From positions 1,912 to 65,911 of the forward strand of contig JALOBE010000004.1 in assembly GCA_023228425.1 (NCBI GenBank): a stretch of DNA of 64,000 bases, written 5' to 3'. Source of the stretch: Syntrophales bacterium (lineage in GTDB: Bacteria > Desulfobacterota > Syntrophia > Syntrophales > UBA2210). Positions 16,773 through 26,240 of the stretch are shown here, piece after piece (the stretch's first letter is position 1; every line of letters begins with the position of its first letter). The notes under the pieces were generated by a model, which was given only the letters and a program-made list of their open reading frames with translations, did no database searches and was not told the DNA's origin. Both the position numbers and the translations under genes were made by a program.

Positions 16773-17759
16773 CTACAGTTCGGTGCGGCGGAGTTCTTCA
16801 GATGTGCGTGTTGTGAGATAGGAGGGAGCGATGTCAAAGACCGTCTTCGCTCCTACGGAGCCTTCGCGGTTCAGTCTGAAGGCGGCGCGGGCGTAGGCGA
16901 TCAGGATACTCGCCGTGAAGTAGGGATTGCTTTCCAGCTTCAGGCACAATTCCATCAGTTGTTTTGAATTGTCGGCGGTTCGGGCCGACCGTACGACACA
17001 GCCGCCGTGGGGCATGGCTCCGTGACGTTCCCGCATTTCTTCAGGGGAGATGAACGTTACTCGGGTGTCGTACCCGGCGAAGTAGTGGGGCATGGCTTTG
17101 ATTGATGCCTCTATAGCCGCCTGGTCGGCTCCTTCCCGGGCTACCACGTAGCAGATCCGGAGATGTTTCTCTCCTGTCGACAGGATCGGCTCGTCTCCCG
17201 ACCGGACCCGGTCAAGGGCGCTGTCGGTGGGGAGGGTGTACTGCCGGGCGTCCAGAACCCCTTCTATCCGCCGAATGGCGTCGGAGTGGCCCTGGCTCAC
17301 ACCGGGCCCCCAGAACGTGTAACTCGTTCCCCGGGGCAGAAAGGCTTCCTCGAGGACCCGTACCAGCGAAAAGAGGCCCGGGTCCCATCCGGTGGCGATC
17401 ACCGCCGTGGTTCCCGCCTGTCGTGCCGCAGCGTCCACAGCCTCGAAATATTCGGGAATGCGGGCATGGGTATCATAGCTGTCGACGGTATTGAACATTC
17501 CCGCGAATCGCGGCCCCTGCTCAGGAAGGTCCGTGACGGAGCCGCCGCAGAGTATGGCAACGTCGATGTCCGGTATGAATGCGGGCGCGTCATCGACGTG
17601 ATACACCGGTATTTCCCCGTTGGCCGGCGTGATCGACGAGGGGGCTCTTCGAGTAAAAATACCGCGGACGTCCATGTCCGGGGCCGATGCCGCCTCTTTC
17701 TCGGCGGCCTGCCCGATGTTGCCGTAGCCGATAATGCCGATTCTGATCCGTTCGCTCAA
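16773..17759 (-). CDS. ddh: meso-Diaminopimelate D-dehydrogenase
   Basis: 328 aa with an N-terminal Rossmann motif IGIIGYGNIG. Overall length and pattern are typical of Ddh. Confidence 0.8.
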   Translation of the reverse strand: MSERIRIGIIGYGNIGQAAEKEAASAPDMDVRGIFTRRAPSSITPANGEIPVYHVDDAPAFIPDIDVAILCGGSVTDLPEQGPRFAGMFNTVDSYDTHARIPEYFEAVDAAARQAGTTAVIATGWDPGLFSLVRVLEEAFLPRGTSYTFWGPGVSQGHSDAIRRIEGVLDARQYTLPTDSALDRVRSGDEPILSTGEKHLRICYVVAREGADQAAIEASIKAMPHYFAGYDTRVTFISPEEMRERHGAMPHGGCVVRSARTADNSKQLMELCLKLESNPYFTASILIAYARAAFRLNREGSVGAKTVFDIAPSYLTTRTSEELRRTEL

Positions 17760-17892
17760 GGGTGTCCTTTCGGGTTCTGTCGTGAAGAAACCGAGAGGCA
17801 GTCTATCGGCGCGGGGAAGGCCCTGTCAAGAAAAAAGCACCCTGGAATCGGGTGATGCATCCTTCGATGAGCCCGGTTCCGATCGCTGAGTG

Positions 17893-18425
17893 CAACCTTT
17901 GCACAACTGTCGATTGTGTCATGTCGATATCAAGGAAAGATTTCTCGTCGCTTCGCTCCTCGAAATGACGGACCTTAAGGTGCTCCCCGAAGTGACGGAA
18001 TTAAACACTCCTCGAAATGACATTTTTAAAGGTCACCTCGAACGTTCCCCCGTCACTTCGAACATTCCCCTGTCACTTCGAACGCATGTGAGAAGTCTGA
18101 AAGATCCCTCGCTTTGCTCGGGACATGGATTTCTCGTCGCTTCGCTCCTCGAAATGACGGGCCTTAAGATGCTTCTCGAAGTGACGGGCCTTAAGATGCT
18201 CCCCGAAGTGACGGGTCTTAAGGCGCTCCTCGCAATGACAAGGAGCGTTTTGAATACCAGCCATTTTTGTCATTTCGACCGGAGGGAGAAATCTTTCACT
18301 AACGGCCATCATCAGGATTTCTCGTCGCTTCGCTCCTCGAAATGACGGACCTTAAGGTGCTCCCCGAAGTGACGGGCCTTAAGGCGCTTCTCGAAATGAC
18401 TGGAGTTACAGTGCCCGTCTCGTTG
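17893..18425. repeat. Repeat composite H (about 530 nt)
   Basis: The left end ttgcacaactgtcgattgtgtcatgtcgatatcaaggaaagatttctcgtcgc is about 75 nt near-identical to composite E. It has a 92-nt unit at 18067-18158 and multiple tcgaaatgacgg(a/g)ccttaag(g/a)tgct units. The block 17941-17995 is duplicated at 18321-18375. Confidence 0.9.
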
Positions 18426-18482
18426 ACGGGCCGAGATCGCTCCTCCAAACGGGCTGTACAACGCTCTTCGCGGCGACGGAAT

Positions 18483-20288
18483 TCAAGGCTCCTGGTACAT
18501 GGACTCGATCAGGTCGGCAAACTGCGTGTTGATCGCCTTTCTCTTGACCTTCATGGTGGGTGTCACCTCGCCGTCTTCGGTATAGAGTTTCTTGTCCAGG
18601 ATGCGGAACTTCCGTATGTTCTCCACCCGTGCAAGCTGGCGGTTCACTTTGTCCACTTCTTCCTGGATCAGCTCGACAACCTCCGGTGCCCTGGTCATAC
18701 TGGCAAAGGTGGTGAACGGAACTTTCCGGTCCTGGGCGAACTTGGTGACATTCTCTTCGTCGATGACGATGATGGCCGTCAGGTATTTTCTGCCGTCGCC
18801 GATGATCACTGAATCGTTGATATAGTGGGACGTTTTAAGGAGGTTCTCAATATACTGGGGAGCGATGTTTTTCCCTCCCGCCGTGATGATGAGATCCTTT
18901 TTCCGGTCCGTCAGCTTGAGGAACCCCTCATCATCTACCTCGCCCACGTCGCCGGTGTACATCCATCCGTCCCGGAGGACTTCCTTCGTCAGTTCCTCAT
19001 CCCTGTAATAGCCTTTGAAAATGCCCTTGTGCCTGACCACGATCTCGCCGTCATCGGCGATTCTCACCTCGGTGCCCGGCAGGGGCCGCCCCACCGTCCC
19101 CACTTTGTAGTTTTTCTCTTCCGATATATGGGTAACCCCGGTGGTTTCCGTCATGCCGTAACCTTCGCGGATCGGGATACCGATGCTCAGGAAAAACTTC
19201 AGCACTTCATGGGAGATGGGAGCGGCGCCGGAAGCGCCAAAGCGAACCCGGTCGAATCCCAGCCGCTTCTTGAGTTTTCTGAAGATGACGAAATAGGCCG
19301 CCTGATAGGCCAGGGCCAGGTGAAGCGGAACCTTTTCCCGGGCGATGACCTTGTTGTTGTAGCGGGTGCCAATGGTGATGGCAATGTCATAGAGTGTCCG
19401 CTTCAGCCAGGTTGCGTCGGCCATCTTGAGCACGATAGCGGAGTAGTATTTTTCCCAGATGCGTGGAACGGCATGGAACACCGTGGGCGACACTTCCCGC
19501 ATGTCCGCCATGACGGTGTCCGTGTTTTCAGTAAAGTTCACGATATGTCCCACTGAGAGATGGAACATGATATCGAATATCTGTTCGTAGACGTGATTCA
19601 GGGGAAGGAAGGAGATCGTTTCATCATCGACGGTGGTGTCCAGGATGGACCGGGCCGCCTGTCCCACCCAGAGGTAGCCTTCGTGAGCGAGCAAGGCGCC
19701 CTTTGGCGGTCCCGTCGTTCCCGAAGTGTAGATAATGCCCGCCGTGTCTCCGGGCTTTGCCTGCAGCGCGAGCTTTTTGAAGAGGCCGGGATCGTCCTGG
19801 TCCGTCTTTCTGCCCAGTTCGAGCAGTTCGTCGAAACTCATGAACATGGGGTCTTCGAAATGTTTGAGCCCCTCCAATTCCCACACGATGAGTTTCCGTA
19901 GCTTGGGTGTTTTTTCTCTGAAAACGAGTGCTTTATCCAGTTGCTCCTCGTCTTCGCACATGTAGATTACCGAGTCTGAATGGCCCACCACGTATTCGCA
20001 TTCGGGAGGCGGATTGGTTGTGTATATGCCCACCCAGGCACCGCCGGCACAGACGGCCCCCAGGGCTGAGTAGAGCCATTCGGGACGGTTTTCTCCGATG
20101 ATCGATACGTGCTCGCCATACCTGACCCCCAGGGCGTGGAGCCCGAGGGCCACATGCTTGACCTTTTCCAGGTACTCGGCCCAGGTGATGTCCCGCCAGA
20201 TTCCCAGGTATTTTCTCCGCATTGCCACCCGATTCGGCTGTTTTTCTGCTATGTTCAGCAGTGCCTTGGGCAGCGTGTCGATTACCAT
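18483..20288 (-). CDS. AMP-dependent acyl-CoA synthetase (long-chain-fatty-acid-CoA ligase type)
   Basis: 601 aa with the AMP-binding motif YTSGTTGPPKGA plus later GYGMTET and TGDVG motifs. Confidence 0.85.
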   Translation of the reverse strand: MVIDTLPKALLNIAEKQPNRVAMRRKYLGIWRDITWAEYLEKVKHVALGLHALGVRYGEHVSIIGENRPEWLYSALGAVCAGGAWVGIYTTNPPPECEYVVGHSDSVIYMCEDEEQLDKALVFREKTPKLRKLIVWELEGLKHFEDPMFMSFDELLELGRKTDQDDPGLFKKLALQAKPGDTAGIIYTSGTTGPPKGALLAHEGYLWVGQAARSILDTTVDDETISFLPLNHVYEQIFDIMFHLSVGHIVNFTENTDTVMADMREVSPTVFHAVPRIWEKYYSAIVLKMADATWLKRTLYDIAITIGTRYNNKVIAREKVPLHLALAYQAAYFVIFRKLKKRLGFDRVRFGASGAAPISHEVLKFFLSIGIPIREGYGMTETTGVTHISEEKNYKVGTVGRPLPGTEVRIADDGEIVVRHKGIFKGYYRDEELTKEVLRDGWMYTGDVGEVDDEGFLKLTDRKKDLIITAGGKNIAPQYIENLLKTSHYINDSVIIGDGRKYLTAIIVIDEENVTKFAQDRKVPFTTFASMTRAPEVVELIQEEVDKVNRQLARVENIRKFRILDKKLYTEDGEVTPTMKVKRKAINTQFADLIESMYQEP

Positions 20289-20350
20289 GGTACAACCCCC
20301 TTGAACGACGGATTCTGTGGCCGAAGAACAGGGCAGCCGATTCTCGCGGA

Positions 20351-21133
20351 CTACCGGAACCGGACCTTTCTCCTGTAGCGTTTGTATCCCTTCACCGATT
20401 GTTCGGTGGCGATGCCGAGATAGAATTCCTTGATGTCCTCATCTTCGCGGAGAACGTCCGGCTTGTCGGCCCTGACTATCCGGCCGTTTTCAAGAAGATA
20501 GGCAAAATGCGAGTACTTGAGGGCCATGTTGACGTTTTGCTCCACGAGCAGAATGGTGACGCCGTCCTGTTCGTTGATGTCCTGTATGATACTGAATATC
20601 TCATGGGTCAGAAGCGGCGAGAGGCCGAGGGATGGTTCGTCGAGCATCAGCAGCCTGGGTCGGCTCATGAGTGCACGGCCGATGGCGAGCATCTGCTGCT
20701 CCCCGCCGCTCATCAGGCCCGCCTGCTGGTTTATCCGTTCCTTGAGAATGGGGAAATGATGAAATACATTCTCCAGGTCATTTTTGATGCCGTCCCTGTC
20801 CTTTCTCGTATAGGCGCCTATCGTTATGTTTTCGAGGACCGTGAGTTCCGGAAAGACTTCACGACCTTCCGGAACGTAGCCGATGCCCATCCTGACGATC
20901 TGGTCGGTTCTCTTGCGGTCGATACGCTCGCCCATAAATTCAATGGAGCCCTTTTCGGGCTGTTCATGCTTGGCGTCGTAGAAGAGTCGCATGATCGTCT
21001 TCAGGATTGTCGTTTTCCCTGCGCCGTTTGAGCCGAGAAGCGCCACGATGTTCCCTTTGCCGATTTCGAAGGAAATCCCGTGAAGGGCCCGGATCAGATC
21101 GTACCAGGTCTCGATGTTGCCGACCTTGAGCAT
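20351..21133 (-). CDS. livF: Branched-chain amino acid-type ABC transporter ATPase (LivF-like)
   Basis: 260 aa with GSNGAGKTT, LSGGEQQ and LMLDEPSLGL. Confidence 0.8.
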   Translation of the reverse strand: MLKVGNIETWYDLIRALHGISFEIGKGNIVALLGSNGAGKTTILKTIMRLFYDAKHEQPEKGSIEFMGERIDRKRTDQIVRMGIGYVPEGREVFPELTVLENITIGAYTRKDRDGIKNDLENVFHHFPILKERINQQAGLMSGGEQQMLAIGRALMSRPRLLMLDEPSLGLSPLLTHEIFSIIQDINEQDGVTILLVEQNVNMALKYSHFAYLLENGRIVRADKPDVLREDEDIKEFYLGIATEQSVKGYKRYRRKVRFR

Positions 21134-21912
21134 CAGCTGGTTTCCCCCTCTCCGAGGTAGGCCTGTATCACCTCCGGGTGCTGCTGGACCTCCCGGGGAG
21201 TGCCCAGAACGATTTCCTGTCCCTGGTTCATGGCGAAGACCCGGTCGGAAATACCCATTATCATGTTCATGTCATGCTCGATCAGCAGAATCGTTACCTT
21301 GTAATCTTCCCGTATATCCTTGATCCAGATGGTAAGATCATCCTTTTCCTCGGTGTTCATGCCTGCCGAGGGTTCGTCGAGCAACATCACCTTCGGCTCC
21401 ATCGCCAGCGCCCGCCCCACCTCGACAAGCTTGCGTTTCCCGTAGGCAAGGCTGCCCACATACTGATCTCGCACGGACTGAAGTTCAAGAAAATCAATTA
21501 TCTTTTCAACTTTTTCCCGGTGACGAACCTCCTCCCGGGCCGCCGGCGATCGCTTGCCGAACATGAAGGCGCCGCTGAAGATTCCCGTTTTCATGTGAAT
21601 GTGCCTGCCCAGCATGAGATTGTCCATGACCGTGGCGTTTGAGAAGAGCTCGATGTTCTGAAAGGTCCGGGCGATTCCGCGCCTGGCGATGCGATCGGGA
21701 GTCTTCCCCACCAGGTTTTCCCCTCCCATGAGGACCCTCCCCGCATCGGGTCGATAGATGCCGCTGATGAGGTTGAAGATGGTGGTTTTTCCCGATCCAT
21801 TAGGGCCGATGATTGAAAAAATCTCTTCCTGCTCGACACTGAAGCTGACGTTATTGACGGCTCGCAGACCGCCGAAACTGATGGTCAGGTTTTCAATGCT
21901 GAAATACGCCAT
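21133..21912 (-). CDS. livG: Branched-chain amino acid-type ABC transporter ATPase (LivG-like)
   Basis: ORF 21133..22047 trimmed to the ATG (MAYFSIENLTISFGG), which has AAAGGA upstream. Motifs: GPNGSGKTT, and LAYGKRKLVE in place of the signature. Confidence 0.8.
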   Translation of the reverse strand: MAYFSIENLTISFGGLRAVNNVSFSVEQEEIFSIIGPNGSGKTTIFNLISGIYRPDAGRVLMGGENLVGKTPDRIARRGIARTFQNIELFSNATVMDNLMLGRHIHMKTGIFSGAFMFGKRSPAAREEVRHREKVEKIIDFLELQSVRDQYVGSLAYGKRKLVEVGRALAMEPKVMLLDEPSAGMNTEEKDDLTIWIKDIREDYKVTILLIEHDMNMIMGISDRVFAMNQGQEIVLGTPREVQQHPEVIQAYLGEGETS

Positions 21913-22021
21913 GAAGGTTGTGTCCTTTGCAGGGGGAAATGGTGGTACAGGCGTGGTTCCGGAATGCCGGCGGGACCGCTGAGACCGGCCCCGCCGGTTC
22001 CGGCATGCCTGGTCGGTCCGC

Positions 22022-23212
22022 CTATTCGCGAACCAACTCGTTTTCAAACCAGTCCTGAACGACGATAGTTTCCCCGTTGGGTCCGCACTGCCACATCTGA
22101 AGCATCCGGGGGGCCCGGTGGTTTCCTTCCCGCCAGGTGATTTTCGGACCGATTCCCTGGAAGTCGGTTATCGAGTTCAGGGCATCCCGGGCGGCCTCCT
22201 TGCTCAGGTCCCTGCCCGCCTGTTGCAGGGCGTATACCAGTGGTTCGGCAACGACGATGCCGGCCATGTAGAAAACCCCCCACCGCTCTTCCGGTGCCAG
22301 TCTGGCGGCGGCTTCACGGTAGCTGGTCATCAAGGGCGTTTCAGAAAGGGGCTGGTCCGTGAAGGCTGCCGTGATCACGCCTTCCCTGGCCCACAGGCCG
22401 TCGGTAATGTGGCTCATAAGGGCGAAGTCACAGAGGTTGTAGGTAAAGAGCCACTGAGGCTTGAACCCCATTGAAACCGCCGTCCGGAGAGCGATGGCCG
22501 CCTGGGTGGGAGCCATGATGCCGATGACCGCTTCAGCACCCGAGGCCTGGAGCCGCGCTATCTGCGAGGAGAGGTCCCGCTCGGTTGGTTCCACGGGAAT
22601 CGCTGCCGACAGGTCGAGATTGTTCTTATGAAGCCGCGCCTTGACCCCGTCCAGATTGTCCAGGCCCCAGTCATCGTTCTGGTAGAAGAGAGCGACCCTG
22701 GTGAAGCCCATGTTTTCCACGGCATGTTTTGCCAGAAGGCTCCCCTCGTCGAAATAGTCGGGCCAGATGTTCCACAGCCAGGGATTGTCATGGAACACCC
22801 GTGCTCCGGAGGTTATGCCCGTCCATATGATCCGGTTCTGCTGCAGGTATGCCTGCACGGCAAGGCCGCAGGCCGTTCCGACACCGCCTACCACGGCGAA
22901 GATACCCTGCCGGTCAACGAGATCCCGTATCGCCGCCATGGTCTGGGACGGGTTGTACTGGTCGTCACGGATAAAGTAGCGTATCTGTCGCCCGTGAATA
23001 CCACCATCTTCATTGATCATTTCAAAGAGAAGTTTGCTTCCCCGGGCGACAGAACCCCAGGGGGCCGCGGGGCCCGTCTGGGGACCCCACTGGCCGATGC
23101 GAATCTCCTTGTCATCGAATCCCGGGTTTCGCTGGGCAAACCCGTAATCGGCGAGAAGGAACAGGGCACACAGTGTTACGAGCAGTGTTACAAGAATTCT
23201 TTTCGTCTTCAT
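22022..23212 (-). CDS. Liv-type periplasmic substrate-binding protein (ligand unknown)
   Basis: ORF 22022..23296 trimmed to MKTKRILVTLLV (signal peptide). Type-1 PBP pattern. Confidence 0.75.
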   Translation of the reverse strand: MKTKRILVTLLVTLCALFLLADYGFAQRNPGFDDKEIRIGQWGPQTGPAAPWGSVARGSKLLFEMINEDGGIHGRQIRYFIRDDQYNPSQTMAAIRDLVDRQGIFAVVGGVGTACGLAVQAYLQQNRIIWTGITSGARVFHDNPWLWNIWPDYFDEGSLLAKHAVENMGFTRVALFYQNDDWGLDNLDGVKARLHKNNLDLSAAIPVEPTERDLSSQIARLQASGAEAVIGIMAPTQAAIALRTAVSMGFKPQWLFTYNLCDFALMSHITDGLWAREGVITAAFTDQPLSETPLMTSYREAAARLAPEERWGVFYMAGIVVAEPLVYALQQAGRDLSKEAARDALNSITDFQGIGPKITWREGNHRAPRMLQMWQCGPNGETIVVQDWFENELVRE

Positions 23213-23374
23213 ACTTTCCCTCCTTTTATCGACGCTTGCACCGATTTTTTCTTTATCGCTTTCAGCGTGCCGCGGGGATTGTCTGAAAGCGAACATTCAC
23301 ACCCCTTGCCATCCGACGCTGTCCTGCAAAAAAAGGTGACGCGGCTCACTCTGAGGAAAACCATGATGGAGCCG

Positions 23375-23851
23375 TCAACTTTTATACCACCGGCCGCCTT
23401 CTCTGATAAAAATAAATCCTATATTGATTTCCGATATCTGTTTCGTGGGCAGGTGCAAGTATACCACATCCACCTCGACCTGGGCGAACTTTTCCACCGA
23501 CGGCCATGTCTCCCGGTCGTCATTGTCCTGGATGAAGGTAACCCCGACAATGGTGTAGTCAACGACATGATCTTCCGCTGCCAGGGCTTCCCGCAGGTAA
23601 TCATCGTAGCTATGCGTGTCGGTATAGGGAGACGACGGGGCCAGGCAGGCGTACACGGCCTTGAAGTCCCGGCTTGTTTCAGCATCGAGAAAATTCCGTG
23701 CCGCCTGAAGAACCGCCGCTTCCTCCGGATCTTTCGACGGCTCACTGAAGGACGGACCGGAGAGAATCAGAACGGCCGCAACCAGGAAAAGAGCGATCGT
23801 CGGCGCTGATGTGATGCTGATGTTTATCTTTCGACGGTACTGTGCTTTCAC
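23375..23851 (-). CDS. Hypothetical exported/membrane-anchored protein embedded in the Liv-type operon
   Basis: 158 aa with an N-terminal hydrophobic segment (APTIALFLVAAVLILSG). No family was recognised. Confidence 0.45.
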   Translation of the reverse strand: MKAQYRRKINISITSAPTIALFLVAAVLILSGPSFSEPSKDPEEAAVLQAARNFLDAETSRDFKAVYACLAPSSPYTDTHSYDDYLREALAAEDHVVDYTIVGVTFIQDNDDRETWPSVEKFAQVEVDVVYLHLPTKQISEINIGFIFIREGGRWYKS

Positions 23852-24050
23852 GGGCTGAACCCGACGGCGTTGTCAAACGTTTCCTGAGACATGATATCCG
23901 GCATGATAACCGGATGCTTCGTCGCGCGGTATCTTTCGTCAGCGGGGCGTGTCTCGCAGCACGCCTTCTTCCCCGGACTGCGCGCGCCCTGCCCGCGAAA
24001 TTTTTACAGAGGCGACCTGGACGGGACGTATTTCGACTCTGTCCAAGTTC

Positions 24051-24926
24051 TCAAACCTTCTTTACGTAGTGTTTCCCGAAAAGCCCGCTGGGGCGGATAC
24101 AGAGAACCAGGACGATGACCACGAACGCCGTTATGGGTTTCCATGCAGGCCAGGCGTAGCCGAAAAAGTTTTCAATCAATCCCATGATTCCTCCGCCTAT
24201 GAGAACGCCCGGTACGCTCATAAGACCGCCCAGAACGGCGGCGGCAAAAGCCCGGAGAAAGGGTTCCATCATAAACTGGGGATCCAGGATGGTCTTTGCC
24301 GATATGAGCATTCCGGCGGTGACACCGATGACGGAGCTGAAGGCCCATGCAAAGGCGAACACCCGCTCCGTCTTGATTCCCATGATTTTTGCGGCATGCT
24401 TGTTCTGTTGCGTCGCCCGCATGGCGGTCCCCATCTTCGTGTGCTTGAAGAATATGTAGAGGAAGGTCATGATGAGGGCCGCAATGACGAACACGGCTAT
24501 GGCCCACTGGCTGATGACGAACCCCGGCATAATCCGGTAGGTGATCTGGTAGGAGAAGGGTATGGAGAAGGCCTGCTGTTCCGCGCCCCATTTCCAGCTC
24601 GCCAGGCCTGCCAGGAGCAGCTGGGCCCCGATGGTAATGACGATGAGACCCACGATCGTAGGGTTCTTGGCCGGCCGCAGAAAGAAAAACTCCACGAAGA
24701 CACCCAGGAGGGCGGCGAACAGGAGGGACACGAGAAAGGCGACCCAGAACGGGTGGCCGGTGACGGCCAGCACATGGAAGGCCACGAAGGTTGAGAACAT
24801 GGCCATATCGCCGGCGGCAAAATTGACTACATCGGATGTCTTGTAGATGATGACCACTGCCAGCCCGAAAAGACCGTAACAGGCCCCCATGGCCAATCCT
24901 TCGATCAACAACTGCCCAAACGGCAT
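24051..24926 (-). CDS. livH: Liv-type ABC permease (LivH-like)
   Basis: 291 aa, polytopic, with a LivH-like N-terminus (LLIEGLAMGACYGLFGL). Confidence 0.8.
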   Translation of the reverse strand: MPFGQLLIEGLAMGACYGLFGLAVVIIYKTSDVVNFAAGDMAMFSTFVAFHVLAVTGHPFWVAFLVSLLFAALLGVFVEFFFLRPAKNPTIVGLIVITIGAQLLLAGLASWKWGAEQQAFSIPFSYQITYRIMPGFVISQWAIAVFVIAALIMTFLYIFFKHTKMGTAMRATQQNKHAAKIMGIKTERVFAFAWAFSSVIGVTAGMLISAKTILDPQFMMEPFLRAFAAAVLGGLMSVPGVLIGGGIMGLIENFFGYAWPAWKPITAFVVIVLVLCIRPSGLFGKHYVKKV

Positions 24927-25019
24927 GGTTTCCCCTTTTCTGCTGAATCCCCGGTCCGTCCTGTGTCCAGGGGACGGCGACGAGAAAAATCTATGTCGCA
25001 GCTCGCTATCCCGCCCCTC

Positions 25020-26099
25020 CTAGAAGGGCCAGGTTTTCCAGTACTTCTTGACGCGTATCCAGGCGCCGAATATTCCCAGAGGCTCGAATATGATAATACC
25101 GATCATGACGAGACCCAGGGCAATGAGGTTGACGTTATCCATTCCCGAAATGGTCAGCCACTTCCGGGAAAAGCTCAGCAGGATCCCCCCTATGACAGGG
25201 ACTTCATCAATGTTTTTGAACAGGTCATACATGAGGTAGGTAATCAGTGTGGCTCCCGCTATTGAGCCCATGACCGACCCCAGTCCGCCCACGACGACCA
25301 TGACGAGGAATATGATCGACAGGATCAGGTGGAAGGTAAAGGGATCAAAAAATCCAAGGACGAAGGCGAACAGTCCTCCGGCGATTCCCGCGTAAAAGGC
25401 ACTCACGGCAAAGGCAAGGGTCTTGTACATGGTAAGGTTGATGCCGATGACCTCGGCGGCGATGTCGCTGTCCCTGATGGCGACGAAGGCCCGCCCCGCC
25501 CGTGTTTTCAGAATGTTGACGGCGCACAGTACCATGATGACCGCGACAGCGAGTATGAGATAGTACTTGCTGAGTTCCGTCTTCAGAACCCAGTTCCATC
25601 CCAACTGCGGTATGCCGATATTCAGTGGGGGCGCGAGCATGCCCTGACGCCCGCCGAAGAGTTCCGTGTGTCCGATCACGTGCATGATAGCCAGGCCGAA
25701 GGCGAGCGTGGCGATAGCCAGGTAAGGTCCTTCAAGCCGGAGGGCGGGCAGGCCCAGGATAAAGCCGAAAAAAGCCGCCACGAACGCGGCGGCGATGATG
25801 GCCGCACAGAAGGGAATCTGCAGCTTCGTCATCAGGAGCACCGTCATGTAGGCCCCGATGGCGAAGAATCCGGCATGGCCCAGGGCGATCTGGCCCGTTG
25901 AACCCACGAGTATGTTCAGTCCCACGGCGAGAATGACATGGACCAGCATGAGATTGAAGAGGTAGACATGGTAGGTGGAGCAGAACAGCGGGACTATGAT
26001 GAGGGCGGCCAGGAGAGCGATGGTCCAGAAAAGAATGGTACCGCTACTGAAGAGTTCGATGTCCTCGTAATAGTCACGTTTCATATCCATAGGCCACAC
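25020..26099 (-). CDS. livM: Liv-type ABC permease (LivM-like)
   Basis: 359 aa, polytopic, with GQIALGHAGFFAIGAY typical of LivM. Confidence 0.8.
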   Translation of the reverse strand: MWPMDMKRDYYEDIELFSSGTILFWTIALLAALIIVPLFCSTYHVYLFNLMLVHVILAVGLNILVGSTGQIALGHAGFFAIGAYMTVLLMTKLQIPFCAAIIAAAFVAAFFGFILGLPALRLEGPYLAIATLAFGLAIMHVIGHTELFGGRQGMLAPPLNIGIPQLGWNWVLKTELSKYYLILAVAVIMVLCAVNILKTRAGRAFVAIRDSDIAAEVIGINLTMYKTLAFAVSAFYAGIAGGLFAFVLGFFDPFTFHLILSIIFLVMVVVGGLGSVMGSIAGATLITYLMYDLFKNIDEVPVIGGILLSFSRKWLTISGMDNVNLIALGLVMIGIIIFEPLGIFGAWIRVKKYWKTWPF

Positions 26100-26240
26100 C
26101 TCACAGGAATCGCCGGGCTCGATATATCACATTCGGAATAACCACGCGGCTATTTTTGAACTGTACATTACCATGCTTTTATGGAAAACAACAGACATTC
26201 ATCCTCGGCTTTTCTCCCGTGAGACGAAGGTTTTCATGGC

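Noticed and set aside
17760-17892. A lysine riboswitch or leader upstream of ddh.
   Set aside because: Only about 130 nt are available, and no L-box-like conserved segments were recognised. A weak TTGACA-18-TAGACT promoter-like match is all that can be seen.
5375-18345. ORF-track entries lying inside repeats (for example 5375..5746, 5541..5798, 6500..7014 set, 9689..10021, 10018..10224, 11465..11835, 13832..14153, 16016..16219, 17890..18345, 18342..18812), several ending in ..DFSSLRSSK.
   Set aside because: Their translations are low-complexity reiterations of the DNA repeat (SFRP, HFD, LLEMT). They appear in multiple overlapping frames and strands. The shared C-terminus is simply the 31-nt module read in one frame.
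5494-18425. The tandem arrays in the repeat composites could be CRISPR arrays.
   Set aside because: The period is only 20-28 nt and the 'spacers' are 9-15 nt. Those spacers recur as a few fixed types. The units occur in both orientations within one locus, and no cas genes are present.
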